This document shows, piece after piece, positions 53,052 through 64,000 of a stretch of 64,000 bases of DNA. The notes under the pieces are model-generated. The model was not told the origin of the DNA. It did no database searches and was given only the letters and a program-made list of their open reading frames with translations. The DNA comes from Trichosphaerium sp. ATCC 40318. Taxonomy: Eukaryota; Protista; Tubulinea. Each line of letters opens with the position of its first letter. Within the stretch, counting starts at the first letter, position 1. Made by a program: the position numbers and the translations under genes. The stretch lies in assembly GCA_038496445.1 (NCBI GenBank), contig JALMLS010000507.1, positions 124,001-188,000 of the forward strand, in the 5' to 3' direction.

Positions 53052-54110
53052 TCTGTGTCGCTTATGAATCTACTGGAGGTATCTTTGTTCTTGTTAGCCC
53101 CTTTTAATACATGGGTAGGCAATGCATTCAGCACATTGCACATATTACTGTTTTCAAGTTGGGTTGAAGAGCATTCAGACACTGTTAAACATCTGGTCAT
53201 ACAAGATGGATTTCTGAATTTTTCAAGGAACGGAGTGTTGGAAGTGATTTAGAGGTTCAATGCTCAAATTGGACGAATATATGAATAGAAATACACAAAG
53301 CTCTCATAACTCAAGGCTTGTCTTTTTAGGGAACGGTGTCTTACCTTGAGAATCAGCTTTCAAAGGATGGAGTGTTGGAAGTGTATTCGAGTTTTAATGC
53401 TGAAAGTGGACGAATTTATGTACAGCTGTTCAAACAAAACGATACACTGCTTAATCCTTGTAAATTTAGGGAACGTCTTCTAACCTTGAGAAACAGCTCA
53501 TACTCAAACGTAGTTGCACCTCCTCTATTTCTGGTATGATATTTGACTCCATCGGCCTTTTTCGGCTATTTTTCCAAGTTTCCAAGGGTACTCCCTTTGA
53601 CAGCAGACCGTTTGGACCGTTGCCCTGAAACAAGCTATTGTTTCGAAGGGCTTTATCTTTTTTGAGATGAACCATGGTATGTGACGGAAAGATCAAAAGT
53701 CACGTGCTTTACATTGATTGTGAGTCTTTTAAAAGGAGGCTTAACCCTTAAGTAAAGTAGCGTCATCTCAAGTCAAAGCATTTGCTACTGCATTCACGCA
53801 CCAAAAAGAAGCACATGCATGCTGTTACATAGTTATAAACATTCTAAATCTTTGTGTGGGAAGATAACAATGTTATTAGGTGTTGTGGAGCGAAAAACGA
53901 AAGTCAGACTGTCGCATTGTTCAAGTCTTTCAGGAAGTCCTCTTCTGAAGTTGTACCTTGCCGAGCAAAAGGAAGCCTTAACAATCTACTTCAAACAAGA
54001 TCTAGCGACTATCAACATTGGCTACGCCTACAACTTATATGACAAAACTAAAGGGTTTATTCATAACCAAATTGTTAAATAAACAATAAAGAATGAGGAT
54101 GTATCACATA

Positions 54111-57100
54111 TCAATTGGTACTACTTGTTGAAAGGCGAGCATGCAAGCTTTGAATTTCAGTTTGTAAACTTAGATTTTCAGTTTGTAAACTTTGATTCTC
54201 AGCCTCCAGTGTTTTAATTTTCTTCTTCAGATCAGGTTCATTGCGGCTGTCAAAAGCACCTAAATCAAGCGAATGTTGCCTAACATCATTAGCTCATAAA
54301 TAATCACACATAGTGTACATACTGTTGAGACCTGAGAGGTATGTCATTGCCAAAGAAAATGACATACAACTTTGGCGCAAAGATAACAGCAAGAGTCACT
54401 AAAAGAACAAGATTTAGTAATTACGTCCAAAGTTGTTTGTGATGTACCTGTTGTACTTATCCAAATTGCAACTGAGAAAAGAATACTCACACTTTTGAGA
54501 AGTGATGGTGACGTGATGGCGTATCCCAAACCAACAAGTATCAGCGCCCATACGAACATATCATAAATAGCTGCTCCCAACCAACGTGATTCATTATAAA
54601 TACTTGGAGCCTTACGGACTGCAAACGCAAGATATGAACCAACAACTAATATTATTCCCTACACAATTGTTTAATAGAATGAAGTACCAATAGTGTGCGT
54701 ACATTATAGACGATAGTGAGGATCAAAAATACACTTGCATATTTACTATTGCATAGAACAAGCGAGATACTGGAATCGCCTGGATCTGGTGTGTGCCTTA
54801 GTCGGTTTGGAGACATTGCCGACCACACAATTAAAGCAATCTTGACAAGTTTAAGGATAAACAAGTAACAAAAACGAAATAAAAACAAAAGCATGGCATA
54901 AGGATACTATTTGACCGCTTATTAATGCAGCTGTTAGTTTAACCACATCTATTAGAGGCACTGCAACAACGTAAGTAGGACGTTTCTTGAGGGTGTTAAA
55001 TATTCTGTGAATTCTGTAAGTTTTTCCAACAAGCGGCCTTAAAGTTGTGGTTAGTAGTTCAAATATATCATAGTAATATCGAAATGCTTACGCCATAGTA
55101 GTAATAAACCCTATCAATGGAATCCATATCCGCAACTCACAGATAACATCAGATATAGGAGCAGTCCTTTAATGAGTTAGCTATAGTAAACAGTACTACT
55201 GCCATACCAAACAATTGTGCCACAATACAACAAGCAGATACCAACAAGGATAACCACAAGTAGTTCTGGTGTTGATGCCCTCAATATTGGTGAAGATTTC
55301 CTATTCAAACGTTAGTTAGTGTTGTTGAGAATACGATTTTAATGACATACCAAAAGTATAATACAACAGTGACTACAAACAGAGTTAAAAGCAATCCAAA
55401 GCACCCAACAGATATTCCTATTATAGTCGTAGCATCACTCCACCTCCAAACTCTTAATGTTCGTTCTCTTTCCACCATTTGAATTGACATGGAACTATTT
55501 GACAATACTAATTCAGGGGAAAATGGAAAAGTAGTGCTGTGCTCGACAATCATGGTTCCATTAAATATAACACTTGACCCTTCAGAGAATTCAATCAAAG
55601 GGATCAAGTCAAACAGTTGAACGTGTGTTGAAGTAGGTATTGATACGAACAGTGTACCCACTAAACAAAAATTAATCAAAAAGCTGTAAACAATGACAAA
55701 CTTACTAATAATAATATTCGATTCAGTGATGGCCAAATAAGACTTGCCCAGTGTAATATTGAACCTGCTTTGAGGGCTAATAGGAATATCTGTAGAGTTT
55801 AGGCTTACATGTCCCTACATATTCATAAGCAAGTTGACATTACCATACACTTACATCAACAACTAATGTCGAATTTTGAAGCATTTTCAAACAACTATCT
55901 TGCCCATTAACAAACATCCCTGGTGCAATACTCAAAGTAGCATATTCAAGGTTGACGATAGAAGTATGAGGGATATAGATTGTACTTGATATTAAACTAT
56001 GTATGCTCATTGATCCTATTTTTACAAGGTTAATCACGTGATCTTTCAACTAAGACATGTACCTTTGTTTTCTATTCCTATGGAATCTATTATCATGCCA
56101 GAAACTGAGGAGGTGCAATTCTGTTTGAGTATGAGCTGTTTCTCAAGGTTAGAAGACGTTCCCTAAATTTACAAGTTAAGCAGCATCGTTTTTGTTTCAA
56201 CAGCAGTACATAAATTCGTCCACTTTCAGCATTAAAACTCGAATACACTTCCAACACTCCATCCTTCGAAAAATTCAGAAAGCCTCTGTCAATGACCAGA
56301 CGTTCGACAGTGTCTGATTGCTCTTTGATCCAATTCGAAAACAGTGGTATATGTAGTGTGCTAAACGCATTACCTGAACAATACGTCATTAAAACAGCTG
56401 CAAATAGAAAAAGATACCTCCAGTAATCCGTGGGAACAAGTCATCAAAATCATCTGGATTGGTATTTTCAAATGTGTTGTTTGATACCGTAGTGTTTTTT
56501 ACATATCCGTTAGTTATTATATCATTTCCAAGACCATTATTAATTGAGATAGCTAGATTCTATCAGTGTATATTATGGTATATGTTAGTGCCTGATCCAC
56601 TATTGTTATTGAATAAGTTATTTTCTACTGTAACATTACTTGTTATCAGTCTTAGTGCACCACCTCTATTATCAGCGATGTTATTACTACAGCTGCATTA
56701 GTGCTATTCATTTTTTTACACTCATTTGTTTACCTGAAAGTGCAGTCTTGCATTGAGGAATTGGTACTATCAAAACTGAATAATCCACCACCATCATCAT
56801 GAGCGATGTTATTACTACAACTGCATAAGTGCTATTCATTTTTTACAGTCATTTATTTTACCTGAAAGTGCAATCTTGCATTGAGAAACTCCCTTTGTCG
56901 CTGTATAATCCACCACCAGCATGAGCAGTGTTATTACTAAATTGCATCAGCACTATTCATTCATTTTTTTCTACACTCATTTATTTACCTGAAAGTGCAG
57001 TCTTGCATTGAGAAACTCCCTCTGAAACCCCAATTGCCGTATATTCCACCACCATCACCATAAGCGGTGTTATTACTACAACTGCATCAGCACTATTCAT

Positions 57101-59353
57101 TCATTTTTTTCTACACTCATTTATTTACCTGAAAGTGCAGTCTTGCATTGAGAAACTGTCATCATAGCTGTATATTCCACCACCATCACCATACTGAGCG
57201 GTGTTATTACTACAACTGCATAAGCACTATTCATTCATTTTTTTCTACACTCATTTATTTACCTGAAAGTGCAGCCTTGCATTGAGAAACTCCCTCTGAA
57301 ACCCCAATTGCTGTATATTCCACCACCATCACCATAAGCGGTGTTATTACTACAACTGCATCAGCACTATTCATTCATTTTTTTCTACACTCATTTATTT
57401 ACCTGAAAGTGCAGTCTTCCATTGAGATGTCCACAGAATCAAGCCATACTGCCCCACCATAGAAGAAATGAGCTTGGTTGTTTGTAAATTTAGAGCCTGA
57501 AATGTGTAAAGTTGATTCATGGAACGGAGATGCAATTGCTAGAACAATTAGCTCTAAAAAAACATGGTAAACCTACCGATTCCTCCACCTACATATGCTG
57601 AACCAAATAAAAAGCTGCTATTCTTTACAATCACATTGACTTTTCCTTCGCCATAAATTTGCCCTGCAACCATCAGCAACAATTTGTTTTGAAAGCGGCA
57701 CCTTTGTGCGCGTGTCCATGGTTGAAAGTAGAATTTTCAACAACTAGTCTAGAGTTTAAAATGCTGACACTTGCTGAGTTTCTTTCAAAATGTACTCTAA
57801 AGAGTAATCAGCAAAACTACAAGTTCAAATATCCTACCCTTTCAATAACATAGAGCCTCCTTGATTTTGTATTATACTTGAAGTGCTTGTGTCAAAGTAT
57901 GTACAGACGCTGCATTTGTTTTGACGAAAAACACAGTCCCTACGATAGTACCAGTTAGAATAGTAATGGATACTTGAGGATGAAACGAGATATACGTGAA
58001 TAGGATTAGTACAACTAAAATGTCGAAAAAAAAAAGGCGAAAAAATGTCAAAGTGATATTGAACTGTTCGCCTCATAACCTAAAACTGGTTAAGACGATA
58101 ACTGGTTTTCTAAGACCTCTATTCCGGGAACAATATGTAGAACTTTGTCAAAAAAAAGTCAAAAATTTGGCACACTAATTATCCTATATTATGCCATAGG
58201 AACTATAGAAAGCCCCCTTTTAGTGGGAGTTGGGGTAGAGAGCACCGACTGAGCGCCAGAACCCAGTTGTCTCCCTTTGTGGAATATTGAACGTTGTTGG
58301 GTTCATTGTCAGCCACCGGACGTCTTTTCACAAATTGCACTGAAACAAGAAGTCGGTTATTTAAACCTGAACGGTTAACTGGTTTGTAACCGGTTAAGTA
58401 AGAGCTCTATACAAAATAACAGTAACTACTCAAACCAAATAATTCCTCAAAAAAGAAAAAAATTCGATATTCAACTAAAAAAACGCTTTGCTGTACGCCT
58501 GTGTCCCTTGCTATCAGTTCTTTAAATATTTAAAACGTAGCTGTTCCTACAATCGGCATAGCGAACACGTTCAAAAAAGCGTAAGCGAAGGGTTACCATG
58601 GTAGTCCTAAGAACCTACAAGAGCAAGTGTAGGTTTGCTACGAAAAAAAGCCACGTGTTTGATATACTTTGCAGTTTTGGCGGGCTGTACCTAACGTCAA
58701 CATGCCCACCTCGTGTTGTAAGTACCGAAGCGATATCACTGCCATCACACTAAAGCAGAGTTTTAATATTGTTAAACTCAGCGTTAATTGTATGTTGTAC
58801 TTTAACCCGAGGACACGCCATTTGTTGAATTGTAAGGTTTGAGAGTGTAATATTAACACCAAAAGTCGTTACATTCATAAAGTAATTGGAATCTCCGCCG
58901 TCAATAATAGTTTCTAAATCACCGCTTCCTATTACGCGTTTTAATAACCAAATCTTGGTGATTTAGATGGTTGAAACAAAACCATAAACGTACCTTCAAT
59001 CGTAACGTTGGACAGATTCAGCGGTTCCCACGTGAGGTTGGTATTGTTGTCGCCTTGAACAAAACTATTTAATAATTATTGAAAACTGTTCTGTCGTACC
59101 CGCATACACTCCAGCACCAAGCTTTATCACGTCATCAGATATCGCCTCAGAAAACAAGGCATATCTCAAGGATTTACATGGGTTCAAATGACTACAGTCG
59201 CCATCATCTGTACCTACAATAGTACTGTTAATACACTCTGCTGAACAAGGAATTAAATTAATCCTTACCGTTGGTGGCCACATGAAGTACTGCGCATTGG
59301 TGAAGAGATACCATTGCCGCTAATACAAATAATGAAAAGTAACGTGTTGCCAT
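54111..59353 (-). CDS. Class C GPCR with beta-helix ectodomain, copy 2 (5 cassette exons)
   Basis: Exon-by-exon paralog of copy 1, with ATG at 59353 and TGA at 54111-54113. It has the same 7TM motifs (KTYRIHRIFN, NESRW, FAPKLY). Confidence 0.85.
56734..57349 (-). repeat. Tandem exon+intron array, 5 units
   Basis: Exons: NNTAYGDGGGIYSNWGFRGSFSMQGCTFS, NNTAQYGDGGGIYSYDDSFSMQDCTFS, NNTAYGDGGGIYGNWGFRGSFSMQDCTFS, NNTAHAGGGLYSDKGSFSMQDCTFS, NNIAHDDGGGLFSFDSTNSSMQDCTFS. Confidence 0.93.
58001..58410. mobile_element. ~410-bp intronic insertion specific to GPCR copy 2
   Basis: Copy 1 reads gtgaa^cgaaataacag, whereas copy 2 has ~410 extra bp at that point. It contains an imperfect inverted repeat taggattagt..actaattatccta (58001-58185) and a hairpin ttaactggtt-tgt-aaccggttaa near the right end. 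Confidence 0.5.
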
Positions 59354-60949
59354 ATCTTTTGGAAATAGTTACAAAGGATACTGCAAGAAACTGCAAAATA
59401 ATTGTGATACACAATACTTCGTTAGTATTCACATAAACACAAAAAACGGTTCGAACCAGTTCGATATTTTGTTCGAAGTATAGTTCGAACCATGCTGCCT
59501 TTCAAATAATGTATAACATACCAGAAGAAAACAAACAACCTTTTTATATTAAATATCTATTTTGAGGTAAGAAATTTCAGTCTTTTCGTGAGACTAAACC
59601 CGCCGGCGGGCAAATAATTGTTCAACAAAATTTATTGGTACATGGTGTACATTAGTTGTACAGCATAGTTTTAGCGAGGGATGACAATATCGTGCCAAGT
59701 CAGCAAGAGGTCCGCTGTTGTTAAAAAAAACAAGCTCTAGGCAACCTCTTGTATTAGCTGTGCCATGTACCTTTTGTGACTTTCGAAACTTCTTTGTCAG
59801 ATAGCTATAAGATTTATTCAAAAAAATTTGAAGTACACACAATTCATACCATTACGCGGTTTGTTTTGTCAGAGTAATAGTTAAAGCGTTTTTTTTTAAT
59901 ACACATGTGATTTTTATTCCACACTAAAGTGTTTGCCGTAAACGTTCGAGTCAACTATGCTAGCATTAATATTAGGTAGTTTCTTTACGCTCGTAACCTT
60001 TTTTATTCCCTTTTTGTGTGTTATCTTCTTCTTTGGTTTTGAGTAGCACCTACACGCATATTGGTAAACGTTGAAGGCTTATTTTTGAGATGTTCATGTG
60101 ATGTTTTACAAAAATTGAAATGTGGATTATTAATAACGTATCACTATGTAATGAAACTGTACCGACAGCTACCGCATGCGATAAGTAGTATAAACTGTTT
60201 TCTGTGTTTTTTACAATTTGAAATTAAAGTGAGGAGGGGCAGTACCAAGTTAATAACATTATACACGCATATAGGGAACACCATATAGTCAAATACTGTT
60301 TATGTTTTGGCTGAACCAATATTGGTTTGTCACGAAGAACTGAGCGCCAAACTTACTGTGGTTATGTAAATCGCAACAGTAATATAAACGGAAAGGAAGC
60401 CAAAGGACCATCGCAGCATTAGTGAATCTATTAGTATTGACGCAATTGAGTTGTTAGACGTACCAATGGGAGATACTTGCTCATTTACTTGAGTTTGCGG
60501 ATGGTTCCGATCAATTTAGCGTCTGTCAAAGTTGTAGAGTATTAACATGGTCATATCTTGTTGAATCGACATCACACTTTCAGGAAGTCCTCTTCTCAAA
60601 AACACAATAATCTTTGTTAGAATAACCGTGCGCCAGCTAGTACGGATTGTATGGGAGGAAATACAACGTCTTAGTGGCTATCAATAGCGCGCTGATGTTG
60701 TGCATATTGTACATAAAACACTACAGCGCATTTGTGCGAATTACACTACATTCTGTAAAGATATGAATTTTTTTCGAAAAAGAAAGATGAATGAAAAGAG
60801 AGAAAAGTGTTTTTTGGGAAGAAAATGAAGTTTCAATGGTCGGGTTTGTGTGTTGATATTAGCCATAGTTTAATTGTGTTAATGTGTTTTCTCACAAATT
60901 CAAACGCCTTGAAATGGGTGAAATATTCATCCATAAATTTAAAGAAGAA

Positions 60950-61230
60950 AAAGCTACAGATCTTTCTTTCTGGTGTTCAACATCTTGACATTAGTTCCAG
61001 TTTCCGTATCACAGACACAGCACTAAAGCATGTTTGCGGTGTTCAAGAGCTGAATGCATCGTATTGTTTTGGTATTACAGATGTGGGTATCAGCTTTAGC
61101 TGGGGTACACACAATAGACCTGACAGTTACATTAGCATCAGCTAAGGTGTTGAAGCTCTAACTGGAGTACACACAATCCATCTCGAGAGTTGTTTAAGAA
61201 CTACTGAATCATGCATTGAACATCTTTCAG
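60950..61230 (+). pseudogene. Leucine-rich repeat (AMN1-like 'ITD..L..L.GVHT.' type) fragment
   Basis: LSGVQHLDISSSFRITDTALKHVCGVQELNASYCFGITDVGIS, then frameshifted AGVHTIDL and TGVHTIHLESC. A related scrap (TDKDLSLLSGVQAL) lies at ~51455-51500. Confidence 0.65.
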
Positions 61231-61262
61231 ATACATACGCTCACTCTCATGCAAACAAATTG

Positions 61263-61440
61263 CAATTGAGAAGAGAACACTCACACTTTTGAGAAGTGAT
61301 GGTGACATGATAGCATATCCCAGTGCCCATACAAACATATCATAAATAGCCGCTGCCAACCAACGCGATTTATTATAAATACTCAGAGCCTTACAGACTG
61401 CAAGATATGAATCAAACTAATATTATTCCCTACACAATTG
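61263..61440 (-). pseudogene. Fragment of the GPCR TM6-7 exon
   Basis: Similar to 54465-54670 (SRWLAAAIYDMFVWA.GYAIMSPSLLKSVS) with deletions. Confidence 0.8.
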
Positions 61441-61849
61441 TTCCCAACCATACTTGTTAAACAGAATGGAGTACCAATCATGAATCGTGGGTTTGAGAAG
61501 GCTGTTATAGCGACTTGAAAGATAATGTGTGAAAACGTAAAAATACCTAGCGTACCAATAACATCTCTCAGGACCGCCATAGCTACGTGTTGCCATGTTA
61601 AAAAAATTGAACGAGCTAAATGGTAAGTTTGTTGGTGTACCGTTTATGATAACTACATAACTATTGTTGTATAACATGCAATCTAGAGTTAAGGCAAAAG
61701 TATACAGTACGCTACTATAAAAATAGCTACATGTACGAAAATATCATGAGTGAAAGACTCGGCGATTCTACAAAATTTGTTTAGAAAACAGCATTATTGG
61801 CTATTTTCCTTTTTTGACTGTAGATATTTGTGCAGGTTTATGCACGTGA

Positions 61850-62160
61850 TCAGTTGCAATTTGGATAAGTACAACAGGTACATCACAACCTTTGAGTCGG
61901 AATTACAAAATCTTGTTCTGTAGCGACTCTTGCTGTTATCTTTGCGCCAAGATGTATGTTATTTTATTTGGTAACAATACACCTCTTAGTTCTCAACAGT
62001 AAGTACACTGTGTAGTTTTGTTACCTATATTGTAGACAGGTGCTGTGGACAGTATCCATGATTCTGACTCGAACAAGGAAATTAAAGAATTGGATATCCA
62101 GAATCAACGGTTACAAGCTGAGAATCAAACCTTGCATGCCCACCTTTCAACCGAGTGACA
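61850..62160 (+). pseudogene. Fragment of the GPCR 3' end (TM7 + coiled coil), opposite orientation
   Basis: VAIWISTT|TLAVIFAP..(frameshift)..|GAVDSIHDSDSNKEIKELDIQNQRLQAENQTLHAHLSTE*. A further minus-strand tail scrap lies at ~62540-62630. Confidence 0.75.
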
Positions 62161-63191
62161 TCAATTGTATTTTTAGTTTTTAGTACTCTTGTTATTTGTT
62201 TTTGAAATAAAAACTTGGTGAATGATTTCCCAAGCGCAACAAAGTTGTTTGTTTTTGATTGTAGAGCCATCTGCTGCAAACACACTTGCACCGCTGGCAC
62301 AGGAACAGTCGACATCTACGGGTTCTTACTGAACTACACAGGCATCACCATCAGATACCACTATGCCTTTCATATCAGTGTTCATTGATGCCTGTCGGAA
62401 CTTCAAGCAGTTGCCAATAAACGCTTCCAAATAATCAGCATATGTGATAGTAATATCAATATCTGTACAATGTGATTAGTTGACGATTTTCAAACCAATT
62501 GTTTCTTCATATCACAAAATGACATCAAGCAAAAGTATGACATATCAGTTGAAAGGCGATGCAAGCTTTGAATTTCAGCTTGTAAGCCTATTCGCAGTTT
62601 GTAAACTCTACAATTTTTTCTTCAATGCAGGTTTATTTGAAACACCTTTGTTGATTAGTAAACGTTAGTTAATAAATTAGACTGAGATCCTCGTGAAGTA
62701 AATAGGCTTGTGTACATTGTATTAGTACTGATTCACAACACTGTCATCAATATATTAAGCACTGTATCTTCTGGCTGGCTCTTTGTGACGTTGCTGGTGT
62801 GAACAGCAATACTAAAACAGCTAGGCGATTGGTCAAGTGCATAAATGTGCTCATAGTTACATCCACATTTGAGTAATATGTCAAACGGACGTCGAACTTC
62901 AAAAAAGGTTTGTCAGTTCAAATACAAATCAGTTCCTAGATTAAACAGAAGCTGTTTTCGTTTGCTTCTGGTATGAGCTAGACAAGGTATGTACTGTGTG
63001 GGTGGCAATTTTGATGTCCTGAATTCTGATACTCTTTGAAAAGGCCATCCTTCGAACTATGCTTCGAACAAAAATATCGAACTTGTTTTTTTTTTGTACG
63101 AACCTTTTTTTGTTTATGTGAATACTAATGTTGTATATCACAATTATTTTGCAGTTCCTTGCAGTATCCTTTGTAACTATTTCCAAAAGAT

Positions 63192-64000
63192 ATGGCAACA
63201 CGTTACTTTTCATTATTCGTTTTCGCGGTGATGGTATCCCTTCACCAATGCGCAGTACTTCATGTGGCCACCAACGGTAAGGATTAATTTAATTCCTTGT
63301 TCAGCAGAGGGTGTATTAACGGTACTATTGTAGGTACAGATGATGGCGACTGTAGTCATTTGAACCCATGTAAATCCTTGAGATATGCCTTGTTTTCTGA
63401 GGCGATATCTGATGACGTGATAAAGCTTGGCGCTGGAGTGTATGCGGGTAAAGATAGAACAGTTTTTCAATAATTATTAAATAGTTTTGTTCAAGGCGAC
63501 AACAATACCAACCTCACGTGGGAACCGCTGAATCTGGCCAACGTTACAATTGAAGGTACGTTTTATGGTTTTGCCTCAACACTAAATTACCCAGCCTTTG
63601 TTATTAAAACGTGTGGTAGGAAGCGGTGATTTAGAAACTATTATTGACGGCGGAGATACCAATTACTTTATGAATGTAACGACTTTTGGTGTTAATATTA
63701 CACTCTCAAACCTTACAATTCAACAGATGGCGTGTCCTCGGTTCAACGTACAACATACAATTAACGCTGAGTTTAACAATATTAAAACTCCGCTTTAGTG
63801 TGACAATGGCAGTGATATCGCTTCGGTACTTACAATACAAGGTGGGCACGTTGACATTAGGTACAGCCTGCCAAAACTGCAAATTATTGAGTGTTTTTTT
63901 TTTTACCAAACACGTGGCTTTATTCGTAGCAAACCTACGCCTGTTCTTGTAGGTTTCTTAGAACTACCATTCGCTTACGCTTTTTTTGAATGCTTAATTT
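63192..64000 (+). CDS. Beta-helix GPCR family copy 3, first five exons (runs off the window end)
   Basis: MATRYFSLFVFAVMVSLHQCAVLHVATN|GTDDGDCSHLNPCKSLRYALFSEAISDDVIKLGAGVYA|GDNNTNLTWEPLNLANVTIE|GSGDLETIIDGG..ACPRFN|CDNGSDIASVLTIQGGHVDIR. The upstream flank is shared with copies 1 and 2. Confidence 0.8.

Larger units (their letters stand above)
51505..53535 (+). pseudogene. Inverted, decayed relic of the beta-helix GPCR ectodomain lacking the cassette array
   Basis: Recognisable homologs of the QMECPWFN, VHFERNSASVS..SE, AIESSQ..STVHIS.SKF..CTF and GNAFSTLHI..NGVLEV exons (the last partly duplicated). They carry stops and indels and are interrupted by two MITEs. Confidence 0.8.
53715..60600. 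repeat. Direct segmental duplication of ~43330-51420 (gene plus both flanks)
   Basis: Non-coding flanks match: 43333 gtgagtcttttaaaag.. with 53720, and 51015-51420 with 60225-60600. Confidence 0.85.

Noticed and set aside
58225-58275. GGGAG..CTCCC stem as a tRNA/SINE or ribozyme
   Set aside because: No A/B boxes, cloverleaf or hammerhead core. I treated it as part of the intronic insertion.
1-64000. Non-standard genetic code as an explanation for the short ORFs
   Set aside because: Interruptions are resolved by GT-AG introns, and genes end in standard TAA/TGA codons.

Overview
This is intron-dense, AT-rich eukaryotic DNA, probably from an amoebozoan-like protist. That assignment is inferred from the severin/fragmin gene, the class C 'Grl-like' GPCRs and the 35-70 nt introns. 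The ORF track only shows exon fragments, so I assembled the gene models by hand from GT-AG sites. The first 43 kb is ordinary gene-dense sequence: a secreted flavin oxidase, a PA-domain multi-TM protein, secreted and GPI-type Cys-rich proteins, a GMC oxidoreductase ending in a PTS1, an F-box/MORN protein, a retroelement relic, a C-type lectin, a paralog pair, an MFS transporter, a small Cys-loop membrane protein, severin, and a ~50-exon giant type I membrane receptor. The last 21 kb (43-64 kb) is a dynamic cluster of class C (GABA-B-like) GPCR genes with beta-helix (Pmp-like) ectodomains. It holds two complete copies, the start of a third, and several relics and MITEs. The standout is that the ectodomain is built from a tandem array of same-phase cassette exons, each encoding one beta-helix rung with two hypervariable loops. 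Copy 1 has 23 cassettes, copy 2 has 5, and a relic has none, with a MITE at the array position. Left and right loop variants are recombined across an invariant GGTGGTGGA core. This is a candidate receptor-diversification system.
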